A DNA stretch of 64,000 nucleotides from an uncultured Chloroflexia bacterium (GCA_963734535.1 CAVTHS010000010.1:1-64000); one strand, 5' to 3'. Counted from the first letter of the stretch, positions 31,152 to 40,810 are shown. Notes: generated by a model from the letters alone, not told the origin. A program made the numbers and translations.

Positions 31152-32834
31152 CTAGACCTCGACGACGACCGGGAAGACCATCGGCCGTCGCTTCGTCTGC
31201 TCGTACAGGAACCGCGAGACGCCGTCCTTGATCTGGCTCTTGAGCAGCGCGACCTCGCTGATGTGGCTGCCCGGGTTCTCGATCGACGCCACCACGCGGC
31301 GGACCGCCTCGGTCATGATCGGGTCCTTCTCGTTGAGGTGGACGAAGCCGCGCGTGATGATCTCCGGCTGACCGACCACCGCGCCGGTCTGCTTGTCGAC
31401 CGTGACGACGACCATGAACATGCCGTCGTTGGCGAGCGCGCGACGATCGCGCAGGACGATCTCCCCGACCTCCCCCACCGACAGGCCGTCGACATAGACA
31501 TAGCCTGCGGTCACGGGCGCCCCGCGACGGGCGCTTCCGTCGGCGAGGATCTCGATCGGCATCCCGTTCTCGATGATGAAGACGTTCTCGGGCGCGACCC
31601 CGGTCTCGATCGCCAGCCGCCCGTGCTGGACCTGCATCCGGAACTCGCCGTGCATCGGGATGACGTAGCGCGGCTTCGTGAGGCCGAGCATCAGCTTCAG
31701 CTCCTCCTGGCTGGCATGCCCGGAGACGTGCGCCCGCTTGATGGCGTGGTAGTAGACGTTGGCACCGGCCTTGAAGAGGTTGTCGATCGTCCTCGAGACG
31801 TACTCCTCGTTGCCCGGGATCGGGCTGGCGGAGACGATCACCGTGTCGCCCGGCTGGATCTCGACGAACCGGTGGTCACGGTTCGCCATCCGGGCCAGCC
31901 CGGCCATCGGCTCGCCCTGCGCGCCCGTCGTGCAGATGACGAGCTTGTCGGGCGCGATGTCGCCGATCCGGTCCTTGCCCACCATCCGGTCCGCGTCGTA
32001 GGTCAGGTAGCCAAGCTCGCTCGCGATGCGGAAGTTCTGCTCCATCGAGCGGCCGATGACGGCGACCTTCCGGTTGAAGCTGGCCGCGGCGTCGAGGACC
32101 TGCTGGACGCGGGCGATGTTGCTGGCGAAGGTCGCGACGATCACCCGGCCGTCGAGCGGCTCCATGATCTCGCGGAACGCCTCGCCGACCGTCCGCTCCG
32201 ACGGCGTGTAGCCGGGGTTCTCGGCTCGCGTCGAGTCCGAAAGCAGGCAGATCACGCCCTCCTCGCCCAGCTTGGCGAGGATATGGAAGTCCGAGAGCCT
32301 GCCGTCCACCGGCGTGTGGTCGAACTTGAAGTCGCCCGTGTGGACGATCGTGCCCACCGGCGTCCGCAGCGCGATCCCCATCGCATCCGGGATCGAGTGC
32401 CCGATCCGGAACGGGACGACCGTGAACGGCCCGATGGGGACGACGTCGCCCGGCTCGAGCCCGATCAGCGGGTTGTTGTGGAGCTTGTGCTCCTTGATCT
32501 TGTTGCCGAGCAGGCCGCGGGCCAGGGTCGATGCGTAGACCGGGACGCCGGGGAACTCCGGGAGGACGTATGGCAGGGCGCCGACGTGATCCTCGTGGGC
32601 GTGGGTGATGAGGAACGCACGGACGTTGGCCCGGTGCTCCTTGAGGTAGGTGATGTCGGGGATGACGAGGTCGATGCCGAACATCTCCTCGTCGGGGAAC
32701 ATCAGGCCGCAGTCGATGACGACGATGTCGTCCCCGTACTCGAAGACGTACATGTTCTTGCCGATCTCCCCCACCCCGCCGAGCGGGATGATGCGGAGCG
32801 GCGTGTCGTTGGTGGCGGGATTCTGGCTGGTCAT
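31152..32834 (-). CDS. rnj: Ribonuclease J
   Basis: PLGGVGEIGKN, THAHEDH, HTGDFK and HVSGHA motifs. Confidence 0.97.
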   Translation of the reverse strand: MTSQNPATNDTPLRIIPLGGVGEIGKNMYVFEYGDDIVVIDCGLMFPDEEMFGIDLVIPDITYLKEHRANVRAFLITHAHEDHVGALPYVLPEFPGVPVYASTLARGLLGNKIKEHKLHNNPLIGLEPGDVVPIGPFTVVPFRIGHSIPDAMGIALRTPVGTIVHTGDFKFDHTPVDGRLSDFHILAKLGEEGVICLLSDSTRAENPGYTPSERTVGEAFREIMEPLDGRVIVATFASNIARVQQVLDAAASFNRKVAVIGRSMEQNFRIASELGYLTYDADRMVGKDRIGDIAPDKLVICTTGAQGEPMAGLARMANRDHRFVEIQPGDTVIVSASPIPGNEEYVSRTIDNLFKAGANVYYHAIKRAHVSGHASQEELKLMLGLTKPRYVIPMHGEFRMQVQHGRLAIETGVAPENVFIIENGMPIEILADGSARRGAPVTAGYVYVDGLSVGEVGEIVLRDRRALANDGMFMVVVTVDKQTGAVVGQPEIITRGFVHLNEKDPIMTEAVRRVVASIENPGSHISEVALLKSQIKDGVSRFLYEQTKRRPMVFPVVVEV

Positions 32835-32838
32835 GGCC

Positions 32839-33546
32839 TCACGTGAAGAGCGTCAGTTGATCGGTCTCGGATGGATGGGGTGTCGCGTCGGGCGGCTCCT
32901 CGGCGACGACTTCAGGTGGCGGTGGGGTTGCCCGAGCGCCGGCCCGGCGCTCGCGGAGCTGGCGCGCCTCGACCAGCGCGGCGGGGATCCGGGCCATGTC
33001 CGCGAAGCTGGTCGCCTCGACGGCCGCCGCCCGCAGCGCGGCCGCCGGATGGTACATGGCGAAGACGCGGGCATTGGCCGCGCCGGTCCCTGGATCGACG
33101 TCGCCGACGCTCCCGTGCGCCCGGCTGATCGTTGTTCCCGGCATGAACCGGCCCATCGAGTGCCGGCCGAGCGTCACCACGAGGGCGGGATCGAGCACCG
33201 CGAGCTGGCGCCGAAGGTACGGCGCGCAGGCCGCGACCTCGTCGGGCTCCGGATCCCGGTTGTCGGGCGGCCGGCACTTCACGACGTTCGTGATGAAGAC
33301 GTCGTCGCGCTGCCAGCCGATCGACCCGAGCAGGCGGACGAGCAGGTCACCCGCCCGCCCGACGAACGGCCGGCCCAGGCGATCCTCGTTCACGCCGGGG
33401 CCCTCGCCGACGAGCACCACCTCGGTCATCGGGTCTCCCTCGCCGGGCACGGCGTTCGTGCGGCCGGCATGGAGCCGGCAGGCAGTGCAGGCCCGAACCT
33501 CCGCCGCGATCGCATCGAGCGCCGCGCGGCGTTCGGGGTCCGTCAC
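32839..33546 (-). CDS. udg: Uracil-DNA glycosylase family 4
   Basis: CTACRL, GEGPG, PFVGRAG, KCRPP and YHPAA motifs; GTG start. Confidence 0.93.
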   Translation of the reverse strand: MTDPERRAALDAIAAEVRACTACRLHAGRTNAVPGEGDPMTEVVLVGEGPGVNEDRLGRPFVGRAGDLLVRLLGSIGWQRDDVFITNVVKCRPPDNRDPEPDEVAACAPYLRRQLAVLDPALVVTLGRHSMGRFMPGTTISRAHGSVGDVDPGTGAANARVFAMYHPAAALRAAAVEATSFADMARIPAALVEARQLRERRAGARATPPPPEVVAEEPPDATPHPSETDQLTLFT

Positions 33547-34625
33547 GCGGGCGTCTCCGCCTCCGCAGGCCGCGCGCGGCGCGATGCGGGCGCCACCCAA
33601 CCGCGCGCAACCAGCAGCTCGGCCAGCTCCACTGCGTTCGTCGCTGCGCCCTTGCGCACGTTGTCGGAGACGCACCAGAAGGCAAGGCCGCGCCCGTCGG
33701 GGATCGACGGGTCCTGCCGGACGCGACCGACGAAGACCTCGTCCCGGCCGGCCGCCTGGGTGGCGAGCGGGTAGATATGGGAGGCCGGCTCGTCGCGGAC
33801 GACCACGCCCGGCACGTCCGCGAAGAGCGCCCGGGCGGCCGCCGGTGTCACTCGCGCGCGCGTCTCGACGTGGACCGCCTCCGAATGCCCGACGAACACG
33901 GGGATGCGGACCGCCGTGCAGGAGAGGCGAAGGTCCGGCAGGTGGAGGATCTTGCGGCTCTCCGAGACGACCTTCCACTCCTCCTTCGTGTAGCCGTTGT
34001 CGAGGAACGTGTCGATCTCCGGCAGCGCGTTGAACGCGATCGGGTGCGGGTACACAGAGGCTTCCTTGGGAGCGCCCGCCGCGTGCGCGCGGATCTGGGT
34101 CTCCAGCTCCGCGATCGCGTCGGCGCCGGTGCCCGAGACGGCCTGGTAGGTGTCGACCACGACGCGCTCGAGGCCGGGACCGTCGCGCAGCGCCATCAGG
34201 AGGGGGACGAGCTGCATCGTGCTGCAGTTCGGGTTGGCGATGATCCCCTCGTGGGTCGCGAGGTCATCCGGGTTGACCTGGCTCACGACGAGCGGGATCC
34301 CCGCCTCCATCCGCCACGCGCTGGAGTTGTCGATCACCGCGCAGCCGCGTGCGACGGCCTGGGGCGCGAGCTCGCGGGAGACGTCCGCCCCGGCCGAGAA
34401 GAGCGCGATGTCGACGCCCTCGAACGCCTCCGGCGTCGCTTCCATCACCGCGACCGGGCGCCCGGCGACGGGGACCGTCATGCCGGCCGAGCGCCCGGAG
34501 GCGAGGAGCCGGAGCTCCGCCATCGGGAAGGCCCGCTCCAGCAGGACCGAGATCATCGTGCGGCCGACGACGCCGGTGGCGCCGACGACCGCGACCGTGA
34601 GGGGCCGGGGGGTCGTGAGGGACAT
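33543..34625 (-). CDS. asd: Aspartate-semialdehyde dehydrogenase
   Basis: GATGVVG, DNSSAWR, ANPNCST, YQAVSGTG and DNVRKGAA motifs. Confidence 0.97.
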   Translation of the reverse strand: MSLTTPRPLTVAVVGATGVVGRTMISVLLERAFPMAELRLLASGRSAGMTVPVAGRPVAVMEATPEAFEGVDIALFSAGADVSRELAPQAVARGCAVIDNSSAWRMEAGIPLVVSQVNPDDLATHEGIIANPNCSTMQLVPLLMALRDGPGLERVVVDTYQAVSGTGADAIAELETQIRAHAAGAPKEASVYPHPIAFNALPEIDTFLDNGYTKEEWKVVSESRKILHLPDLRLSCTAVRIPVFVGHSEAVHVETRARVTPAAARALFADVPGVVVRDEPASHIYPLATQAAGRDEVFVGRVRQDPSIPDGRGLAFWCVSDNVRKGAATNAVELAELLVARGWVAPASRRARPAEAETPA

Positions 34626-34664
34626 GGCTCCGCTGCTCGTGAATGGACTGGCGGGCACGGCGCG

Positions 34665-34673
34665 AGTATACCA
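34665..34673 (-). promoter_or_regulatory. Extended -10 promoter upstream of asd
   Basis: TGgTATACT on the minus strand about 40 nt upstream of the asd ATG. Confidence 0.55.
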
Positions 34674-34742
34674 GCGTGCCCCCGGTCTCCCGGGGGCACG
34701 CGATCGGCGATGCGGGCCGTCCGTGGACGAGCCCGTCGCTGG

Positions 34743-37322
34743 TCAGCTCTTGGCGAGATGCCGCTGCATGGCGGCCTTGCGGGACAGGTTGACCCGGCCC
34801 TGGCGATCGACCTCGGTCACCACGACCATCACCTCGTCACCGACCGAGACCACGTCCTCGACGGAGGGAACGTGATAGTCGGCCAGCTCGCCGATGCGGA
34901 CGAGGCCCTCCTTGCCGGGCAGGATCTCCACGAAAGCGCCGAAGGTCATGAGGCGGGTCACGGTGCCCAGGTACAGGGCGCCGATCTCGACCTCGCGGGT
35001 GAGGGACTCGATCCAGTTGATCGCCTTGCGGGCGTTCTCGCCGGAGACGGCGGCGATCTCGACGGTGCCGTCGTCCTCGACGTTGATCTCCGTGCCCGTC
35101 TCCTCCTGGATCTTCCGGATCATGGAGCCGCCCTTGCCGATGATCTCGCGGATCTTCTCCGGGTTGATCTTGATCTTCGTGATGCGCGGCGCGAAGTCGC
35201 TCATCGTGTCGCGGGCGGTCGGCAGGACTTCGAGCATCTTGTCGAGGATGCTCATCCGCGCGGCGTGGGCCTTCTCGAGCCCCTGCCGGATGATCGCCTC
35301 GCTGATGCCGGTCACCTTGATGTCCATCTGGAGGGCGGTGATCCCATCCCGGGTGCCGGTGACCTTGAAGTCCATGTCCCCGAACGCATCCTCCTTGCCG
35401 AGGATGTCGGTCAGGACCGTGAACGTCCCGTCCGCTTCCGACATGAGGCCCATCGCCGCGCCGGCGACCGGCGCCGTGATCGGGACGCCGGCGTCCATGA
35501 GCGCGAGCGTGGAGCCGCACGTGGACGCCATCGAGGTTGAGCCGTTGGACGTCACGCACTCGGAGACGAGGCGGATGACGTAGGGGAAGTCGTCCGAGCT
35601 GGGGAGCACCGGCAGGAGCGCCCGCTCCGCGAGGTGGCCGTGGCCGATCTCGCGCCGGCCGGGGCCCCGCATCATCTTGTTCTCGCCGGTGCTGTACGGC
35701 GGCATGTTGTAGTGGTGGATGTAGCGCTTCTCGGTCTCCGGGCTGATCGTGTCGATCCGCTGCACGTCGGAGGACGGCCCGAGGGTCGCGATCGTGAGGG
35801 CCTGCGTCTCGCCGCGCGTGAACAGGCCGGAGCCGTGCGCACGCGGGAGGACGCCAACCTCGACCGTGATCGTCCGGAGCTCGTCGACGCCGCGCCCGTC
35901 CATGCGGATCCCCTCGGAGAGGGTCAGCTTCCGGGCAGTCTTCTTGTGGACCAGGCCGAAGAGCGACTTCGAGACGCGGGCCGCTCGGCGGGCCGCCTCG
36001 AGCTTCGCCTTCGCGTCGTCCTTCGACGTGCGGCTGGCACGGATGGAGTCCGCGATCCCATCGGCCAGCGTCGTGAGGCGCCCCGGCAGCTCCGCGGCGA
36101 TCGCGAGGACGAGCGCTGCGGTGGCCTCCGCGTCGGGAAGCGCGCGGTGCGCCTGCTTCAGCTCGATGCCGAAGAAGCGCGAGAGCTCGCCCAGCGTGTA
36201 GCTGGGAAGGTCCGGGTAGCCGTCCCGGGCGAGCGTGAGCGTATCGAGATACGTGCCCGGGCGAACGCGCGTCCCGTCGGCGAGCGCAGCCTCGAGGAAC
36301 GCGATGTCGAACCCGACGGAGTGGCCGACCAGGGTCGCCTCGCCGACGAACGCGAGCGCCTGCCTGGCGGCGTCCGCGGGGCTGGGTGCACCGGCGACGT
36401 CCTTGTCCGTGATCCCGTGCATCTGGTTGCCGAAGATCGATCGGCCCGGGTTGACGAACGTGGACCAGCGGTCGGCGACCTTGCCCTTCTTGATCCGGAC
36501 CGCGGCGATCTCGACCAGGTCGGCCATCTCGGCGTTCGTGCCCGTCGTCTCGACATCAAGCACGACGAGCTCGGCGCCGGCCTTGACCTTCGCGGCGAAG
36601 TCCAGCACGGAGCCGGTGCCGGCCTCGAGGAACGGGATCCGCTTCGTCTTGCCGACGGCCTCCTGGAGCTGGAGCTGGATGTCGACGAGCGGCTGGAGGG
36701 CGCGGTGACCGAACAGGATGGCCTCGGCCATCACCGACTCGGACAGGATCTTGGCGCCCGCCTCGACCATCATGATCGCGTCGCGAGTGCCCGAGACGAT
36801 GAGGTCGAGGTCCGACTCGGCCAGCTCGGACATCGTGGGATTGATCACGAACTCGCCGTCGATCCGGCCGATGCGCACGGCTCCGATCGGGCCGAGGAAC
36901 GGGATCTCGCTGATGGTCAGCGCGGCGGACGCGGCGATGGTGCCGAGGACGTCCGGGTTGTTCTCCTGGTCGGTGGAGAGGACGGTGAGGACGACCTGGA
37001 CGTCGTCCTTGTAGCCCTCGGGGAAGAGCGGCCGGATGGGCCGGTCGGTCAGCCGCGCCGCCAGGATGGCGGCCTCCGAGGGCCGCGATTCGCGCTTGAT
37101 GAAGCCGCCGGGGATCTTGCCGGCCGCATACATCCGCTCCTCGAAGTCCACCGTGAGCGGGAAGAAGTCCAGGCCCGGGCGGGGCTCGGACCGGTTGGCG
37201 GTGCCGAGCAGGACCGTGTCGCCGTACGTGACGGTGACGGAACCACCGGCCAGGCGGGCGAGCTTGCCCGTCTCGATGGTGAGGGGGCGTCCGCCGAACT
37301 CGACGGAAAAGGTGAGGGACAC
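34743..37322 (-). CDS. pnp: Polyribonucleotide nucleotidyltransferase with an inserted DEDDh 3'-5' exonuclease domain (about 859 aa)
   Basis: PH1 (FFPLTVD, GKIPGGFIKRE, DRPIRPLF), DEDDh insert (DVETTG, HGIT, HSVGFD, HRALPD), PH2 (HYNMPPYSTGE, RREIGHG, SNGSTSMAS, GDMDFK), KH (IIGKGG) and S1 (FGAFVE). Downstream of rpsO. Confidence 0.96.
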   Translation of the reverse strand: MSLTFSVEFGGRPLTIETGKLARLAGGSVTVTYGDTVLLGTANRSEPRPGLDFFPLTVDFEERMYAAGKIPGGFIKRESRPSEAAILAARLTDRPIRPLFPEGYKDDVQVVLTVLSTDQENNPDVLGTIAASAALTISEIPFLGPIGAVRIGRIDGEFVINPTMSELAESDLDLIVSGTRDAIMMVEAGAKILSESVMAEAILFGHRALQPLVDIQLQLQEAVGKTKRIPFLEAGTGSVLDFAAKVKAGAELVVLDVETTGTNAEMADLVEIAAVRIKKGKVADRWSTFVNPGRSIFGNQMHGITDKDVAGAPSPADAARQALAFVGEATLVGHSVGFDIAFLEAALADGTRVRPGTYLDTLTLARDGYPDLPSYTLGELSRFFGIELKQAHRALPDAEATAALVLAIAAELPGRLTTLADGIADSIRASRTSKDDAKAKLEAARRAARVSKSLFGLVHKKTARKLTLSEGIRMDGRGVDELRTITVEVGVLPRAHGSGLFTRGETQALTIATLGPSSDVQRIDTISPETEKRYIHHYNMPPYSTGENKMMRGPGRREIGHGHLAERALLPVLPSSDDFPYVIRLVSECVTSNGSTSMASTCGSTLALMDAGVPITAPVAGAAMGLMSEADGTFTVLTDILGKEDAFGDMDFKVTGTRDGITALQMDIKVTGISEAIIRQGLEKAHAARMSILDKMLEVLPTARDTMSDFAPRITKIKINPEKIREIIGKGGSMIRKIQEETGTEINVEDDGTVEIAAVSGENARKAINWIESLTREVEIGALYLGTVTRLMTFGAFVEILPGKEGLVRIGELADYHVPSVEDVVSVGDEVMVVVTEVDRQGRVNLSRKAAMQRHLAKS

Positions 37323-37425
37323 GAGCGTTCCTTTCTCGCTCGCGTCGGGGATGGACCGCTGCCGGCGTTTCGCGCCGACCTCCGGATGCATGAGGCCGGG
37401 GCGTTACCCCGGTCTCAGCGGGTGC

Positions 37426-37695
37426 TCAGCGGCGCAGGCCGAGCCGTGCGATGACGGCGCGGTAGCGCGGCGCATCCTTCTTCACGAGGTACGCGAGAAG
37501 GCGCCGGCGCTGGCCGACCAGCTTGAGGAGGCCGCGGCGGGAGTGGTTGTCCTTGGGATACTGCCTGAGATGCCCCGTCAGATCCTTGACCCGCTCCGTG
37601 AGGAGCGCAATCTGGACCTCGGGGGATCCGGTATCGCCTTCCCTTGTCGCAAAGTCAGCGACGATCCGGTCCTTGGTTTCCCGCACGAGCGGCAC
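37426..37695 (-). CDS. rpsO: 30S ribosomal protein S15
   Basis: [13 protein letters not shown] and [20 protein letters not shown] motifs; GTG start after GGAGG. Confidence 0.97.
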   Translation of the reverse strand: MPLVRETKDRIVADFATREGDTGSPEVQIALLTERVKDLTGHLRQYPKDNHSRRGLLKLVGQRRRLLAYLVKKDAPRYRAVIARLGLRR

Positions 37696-37801
37696 TCGGT
37701 CCTCCGACACGAAAACTTGTACTAACCGTTCTTGCAAACGTGCGTACCGTAGCAGGGGCGGGCGGTTCCTGCAAACGCGGTCGGCCCCGACCCGCCCACC
37801 T

Positions 37802-38671
37802 TCAGGCCCATCGGACGAACGATACCCGCAGCCGACCGCCCGTCGGGGTCCCGTTCCTGGCGTCGACCCGGAGCGTTCCATCCGTGGACACGCGCACGAC
37901 CGCCCGGCTCGGGCGCGCCCGAGCGCTGCCGGGCGCGATCGCCGCCTCGAGCGTGGCCGCGTACGGCCCCGGCGGTGGGAGCGCGACCGGGACCTCGAAC
38001 GCCAGCGTCGCGCCCCGGCCGTCCATCGACCGATCGGCGATCTGGCCGGTGACCGCGACCCGCCGTCCAAGAAGCTCGCGGGCCGTCGCGAGGTCGCCCG
38101 TGGCGATCGCGGAACGGATCTCCGTGCTGCGCACCTGCCGCCCCCGGAGCTCGAATGGCGGGACGACCACGACCGAGAACCCGTCGCGATCGCCGAGCGC
38201 GGCGAGCGCCTGGGGCGTCCCGCGCCGTTCGTGGCCGAACGCCGCGTCCGGCGTCATCAGGAAGCCCGCCAGGCCGGTCCGCGACTCGATCGACGCGACG
38301 AAGGCGTCGTAGGGCGTCCGGCGGAGGGCTTCGTCGAAATGCTGAACGATTGTCACCTCGACGCCCGCCCGCGCCAGCCGGACCAGGCGCTCGACCGGAT
38401 CGCACAGGAGCGGCGGCGCGGCGCCCGCCATGATCTCGTCGGGGTGGTGATCGAACGTCAGCACGGCCGGGACGGCGCCCATGCGACCGGCGGCCCGGCG
38501 GAGCTCTCGCAGCAGGTAGGCATGCCCGCGGTGCAGCCCGTCGAAGACGCCCACGACGACCAGCAGCGGTCCGTGGCCCGGAAGGAGCGTGCTGACGCCG
38601 TGCAGCACCGACGATGGCCCGGTCGCGCGTCGGGCGACGGCCACCGGCAGCGAGGGAGCCTGCTCAGCCAC
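37802..38671 (-). CDS. ribF: FAD synthetase (RibF) with a degenerate riboflavin kinase domain
   Basis: [18 protein letters not shown] and RSTEIR adenylyltransferase motifs. Located between truB and rpsO. Start uncertain. Confidence 0.8.
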   Translation of the reverse strand: MAEQAPSLPVAVARRATGPSSVLHGVSTLLPGHGPLLVVVGVFDGLHRGHAYLLRELRRAAGRMGAVPAVLTFDHHPDEIMAGAAPPLLCDPVERLVRLARAGVEVTIVQHFDEALRRTPYDAFVASIESRTGLAGFLMTPDAAFGHERRGTPQALAALGDRDGFSVVVVPPFELRGRQVRSTEIRSAIATGDLATARELLGRRVAVTGQIADRSMDGRGATLAFEVPVALPPPGPYAATLEAAIAPGSARARPSRAVVRVSTDGTLRVDARNGTPTGGRLRVSFVRWA

Positions 38672-39794
38672 GAGGCGCGGCGGCGGCGCGCGGCACGAGC
38701 ACCTTGTCGGGCACGAGGCGGCCGCCGGCCCGCCGGGCGATCGCCGCCAGCGACCCGTCCTCGAGCACGAGCCGAACCCGGTCCGCACCCGCCGACGAGC
38801 CCGCAGCGGCCGAGGACATCGCGCCTGCCACCGGGCCGCCCGCCGGGATCCCGGACGGCGCCGGGAGCCGGCCGCCCTCCCCGATCCAGCCGCCGTGCGC
38901 GACCACGACGACCTCGTCCGGGCGGAGCGTGACGGCGGGAAGGTCGTCGAGGCCGGTGCCGACCGGGATGAGCAGGTCCGCGAAGCGCCCGCTTGCCGCG
39001 GCCTCGCGGGCCACGTCGAGGCTGATCGCGTCGTCGAGCGTGAACGGCCCCGCCGCGGTGCGGCGGAGCGCCCCGAGATACGCCGCGCTGCCGACCGCAG
39101 TCCCGAGATCGCGCGCGAGCGCCCGGACATAGGTGCCCGCGGAGCAGGCCACGTCGATGACCGCGAGCGGACGGTCCGGATCCGTCCCGTCCCACCGCTC
39201 CAGGGAGAGGGCGTGGAAGGTCGTCGCGCGAGCCGGCAGCTCCGGTGAGTGACCGGCCCTGGCAAGGGCGTACGCACGCCGCCCGCCGATCTTGCGCGCC
39301 GAGAACGCCGGCGGAAGCTGCAGGTGCGTCCCGAGGAAGCCTGCCAGGGCGGCCTCGACGACCTCCTGCGACGGGGCCGGCCCCTCGCTCGGCGTCAGCT
39401 CTCCCTCGAGGTCGTCGGTCGTCGACGACGCGCCGAAGCAGACGGTCGCCCGGTACGCCTTCCTGGCGCCGAGATGGAACTCCACGACCCGGGTCCCAAG
39501 GCCCAGGTAGAGCGGGAGGACTCCGGACGCGAACGGATCGAGGGTCCCGCCGTGGCCGATTCGCTTCGTCCCGGCGAGACGCCGCACGAGCGCGACGACG
39601 TCATGCGACGTCGGGCCGACCGGCTTGTCGACCACGAGGATGCCGTCGAGCCCGGCGTCGATCCGGCGCGGCCGCCGCTCACGCACAGGGTCGGCCGTCT
39701 GCGCCGGGTTCCCAGCGGCGGCGGGCAGCTCGTCCGTCATGGGCTCCTCGTCCGCGACTGGCTCCTCGTCCGTCCTGGACCCCCCGTCGCTCAT
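38664..39794 (-). CDS. truB: tRNA pseudouridine(55) synthase
   Basis: DKPVGPTSHD, GHGGTLDPFASG and CSAGTYVRAL motifs. Confidence 0.96.
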   Translation of the reverse strand: MSDGGSRTDEEPVADEEPMTDELPAAAGNPAQTADPVRERRPRRIDAGLDGILVVDKPVGPTSHDVVALVRRLAGTKRIGHGGTLDPFASGVLPLYLGLGTRVVEFHLGARKAYRATVCFGASSTTDDLEGELTPSEGPAPSQEVVEAALAGFLGTHLQLPPAFSARKIGGRRAYALARAGHSPELPARATTFHALSLERWDGTDPDRPLAVIDVACSAGTYVRALARDLGTAVGSAAYLGALRRTAAGPFTLDDAISLDVAREAAASGRFADLLIPVGTGLDDLPAVTLRPDEVVVVAHGGWIGEGGRLPAPSGIPAGGPVAGAMSSAAAGSSAGADRVRLVLEDGSLAAIARRAGGRLVPDKVLVPRAAAAPRG

Positions 39795-40810
39795 CTCGCC
39801 ACGGCCCGGGCGAAGCGGATTGCCACCGGGAGGACGACGGCCGCGGCGTCGGCGAGCGGGAGGTCGACCGACGCGCCCGCGGCCCGGGCATGCCCGCCGC
39901 CCCCCCACGTTCCACACAGCGCAGTGGCGTCCACGCCGCCGGGCTTCGTCCGCACGGAGACCCGCGTCGCGTTGTCCTTCTCCTTGAGCAGCAACGCCAC
40001 CTCGGCCGTCTCCGACTGGGCGAGCAGGTCGATGATCCCCTCGGAGTGCTCCGAGCCCGCCCCGGTCGCGACCAGGTCGGCCAGCTCCATCGTCGACGCG
40101 ATCACGAGCCCGTCGGCGTGGGACTGGAGCCGCCCCAGGACGCGTCCGAAGAGCGCGAGCTGGGCATCCGGCTTCGTGCGGTAGAGACGCCGGCTGATCT
40201 CGGAGAGTGGCGCCCCCGCCTCCACGAGCGCGGCCGAGACCTGGAGGGTGCGGGGCGTCGCGTTCGGGTGGGCGAAGGTGGCCGTGTCCATCACGATCCC
40301 GGCCATCAGCGCCGCGGCGAGCCGTCCCTTCCCCAGCGTCAGGGGCACGCCGAGCCGGGTGGCGAGCAGCGCGACCATCTCGCAGGTTGCCGCAGCGCTC
40401 GCGTCGATCCAGACGAGGTCACCGGACGCGGCGTTGCTGGCGTGATGGTCGATCGTGAGGACCGGCGTGGCGGCAAACAGCGCGGCGTTCCGGTCGCGGA
40501 TCGCGCCCACACGCGACAGGTCGCCGCAGTCGCACAGGACCACCAGGTCATAGGCGGCGTCCGGCTCCGGGTCCGTCCGGACCGCGTCGGTGCCCTCGAG
40601 GAACCGGTACAGCTCCGGCACCGCATCCGACGCGGCGACGGTCGCCCGCCCGCCGCGGGCGTCGACGATGAGGCCGATGGCGATGGCGGCGCCCAGCGCG
40701 TCCGCGTCCGGGCTCTCGTGGCCGATGGCGAGCACGCGGCGTGCCCCGCGCAGGCGCTCTACCACTGCGTCTGGAACCGCCGTCGCGAGCGGTCGCAGGT
40801 CGATGCGCAT
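39791..40810 (-). CDS. nrnA: DHH/DHHA1 phosphoesterase (NrnA-like nanoRNase/pAp phosphatase)
   Basis: HESPDADALG, IDHH, DTATF and GGGH motifs. Located between rbfA and truB. Confidence 0.88.
   Translation of the reverse strand: MRIDLRPLATAVPDAVVERLRGARRVLAIGHESPDADALGAAIAIGLIVDARGGRATVAASDAVPELYRFLEGTDAVRTDPEPDAAYDLVVLCDCGDLSRVGAIRDRNAALFAATPVLTIDHHASNAASGDLVWIDASAAATCEMVALLATRLGVPLTLGKGRLAAALMAGIVMDTATFAHPNATPRTLQVSAALVEAGAPLSEISRRLYRTKPDAQLALFGRVLGRLQSHADGLVIASTMELADLVATGAGSEHSEGIIDLLAQSETAEVALLLKEKDNATRVSVRTKPGGVDATALCGTWGGGGHARAAGASVDLPLADAAAVVLPVAIRFARAVAR

Noticed and set aside
28623-32846. 1407-aa plus-strand ORF and other long antisense ORFs (e.g. 40741-43419, 35634-37454, 54793-56868)
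   Set aside because: Shadow frames opposite well-conserved genes, expected in very GC-rich DNA; no motifs.
36090-36580. Intein or mobile element as the origin of the pnp insert
   Set aside because: No intein splice motifs (N-terminal C/S, terminal HN), no homing endonuclease motif and no flanking repeats. Codon style matches the rest of pnp.
37696-37745. S15 autoregulatory leader RNA
   Set aside because: The position and lower GC are suggestive, but I could not establish a convincing structure by eye.
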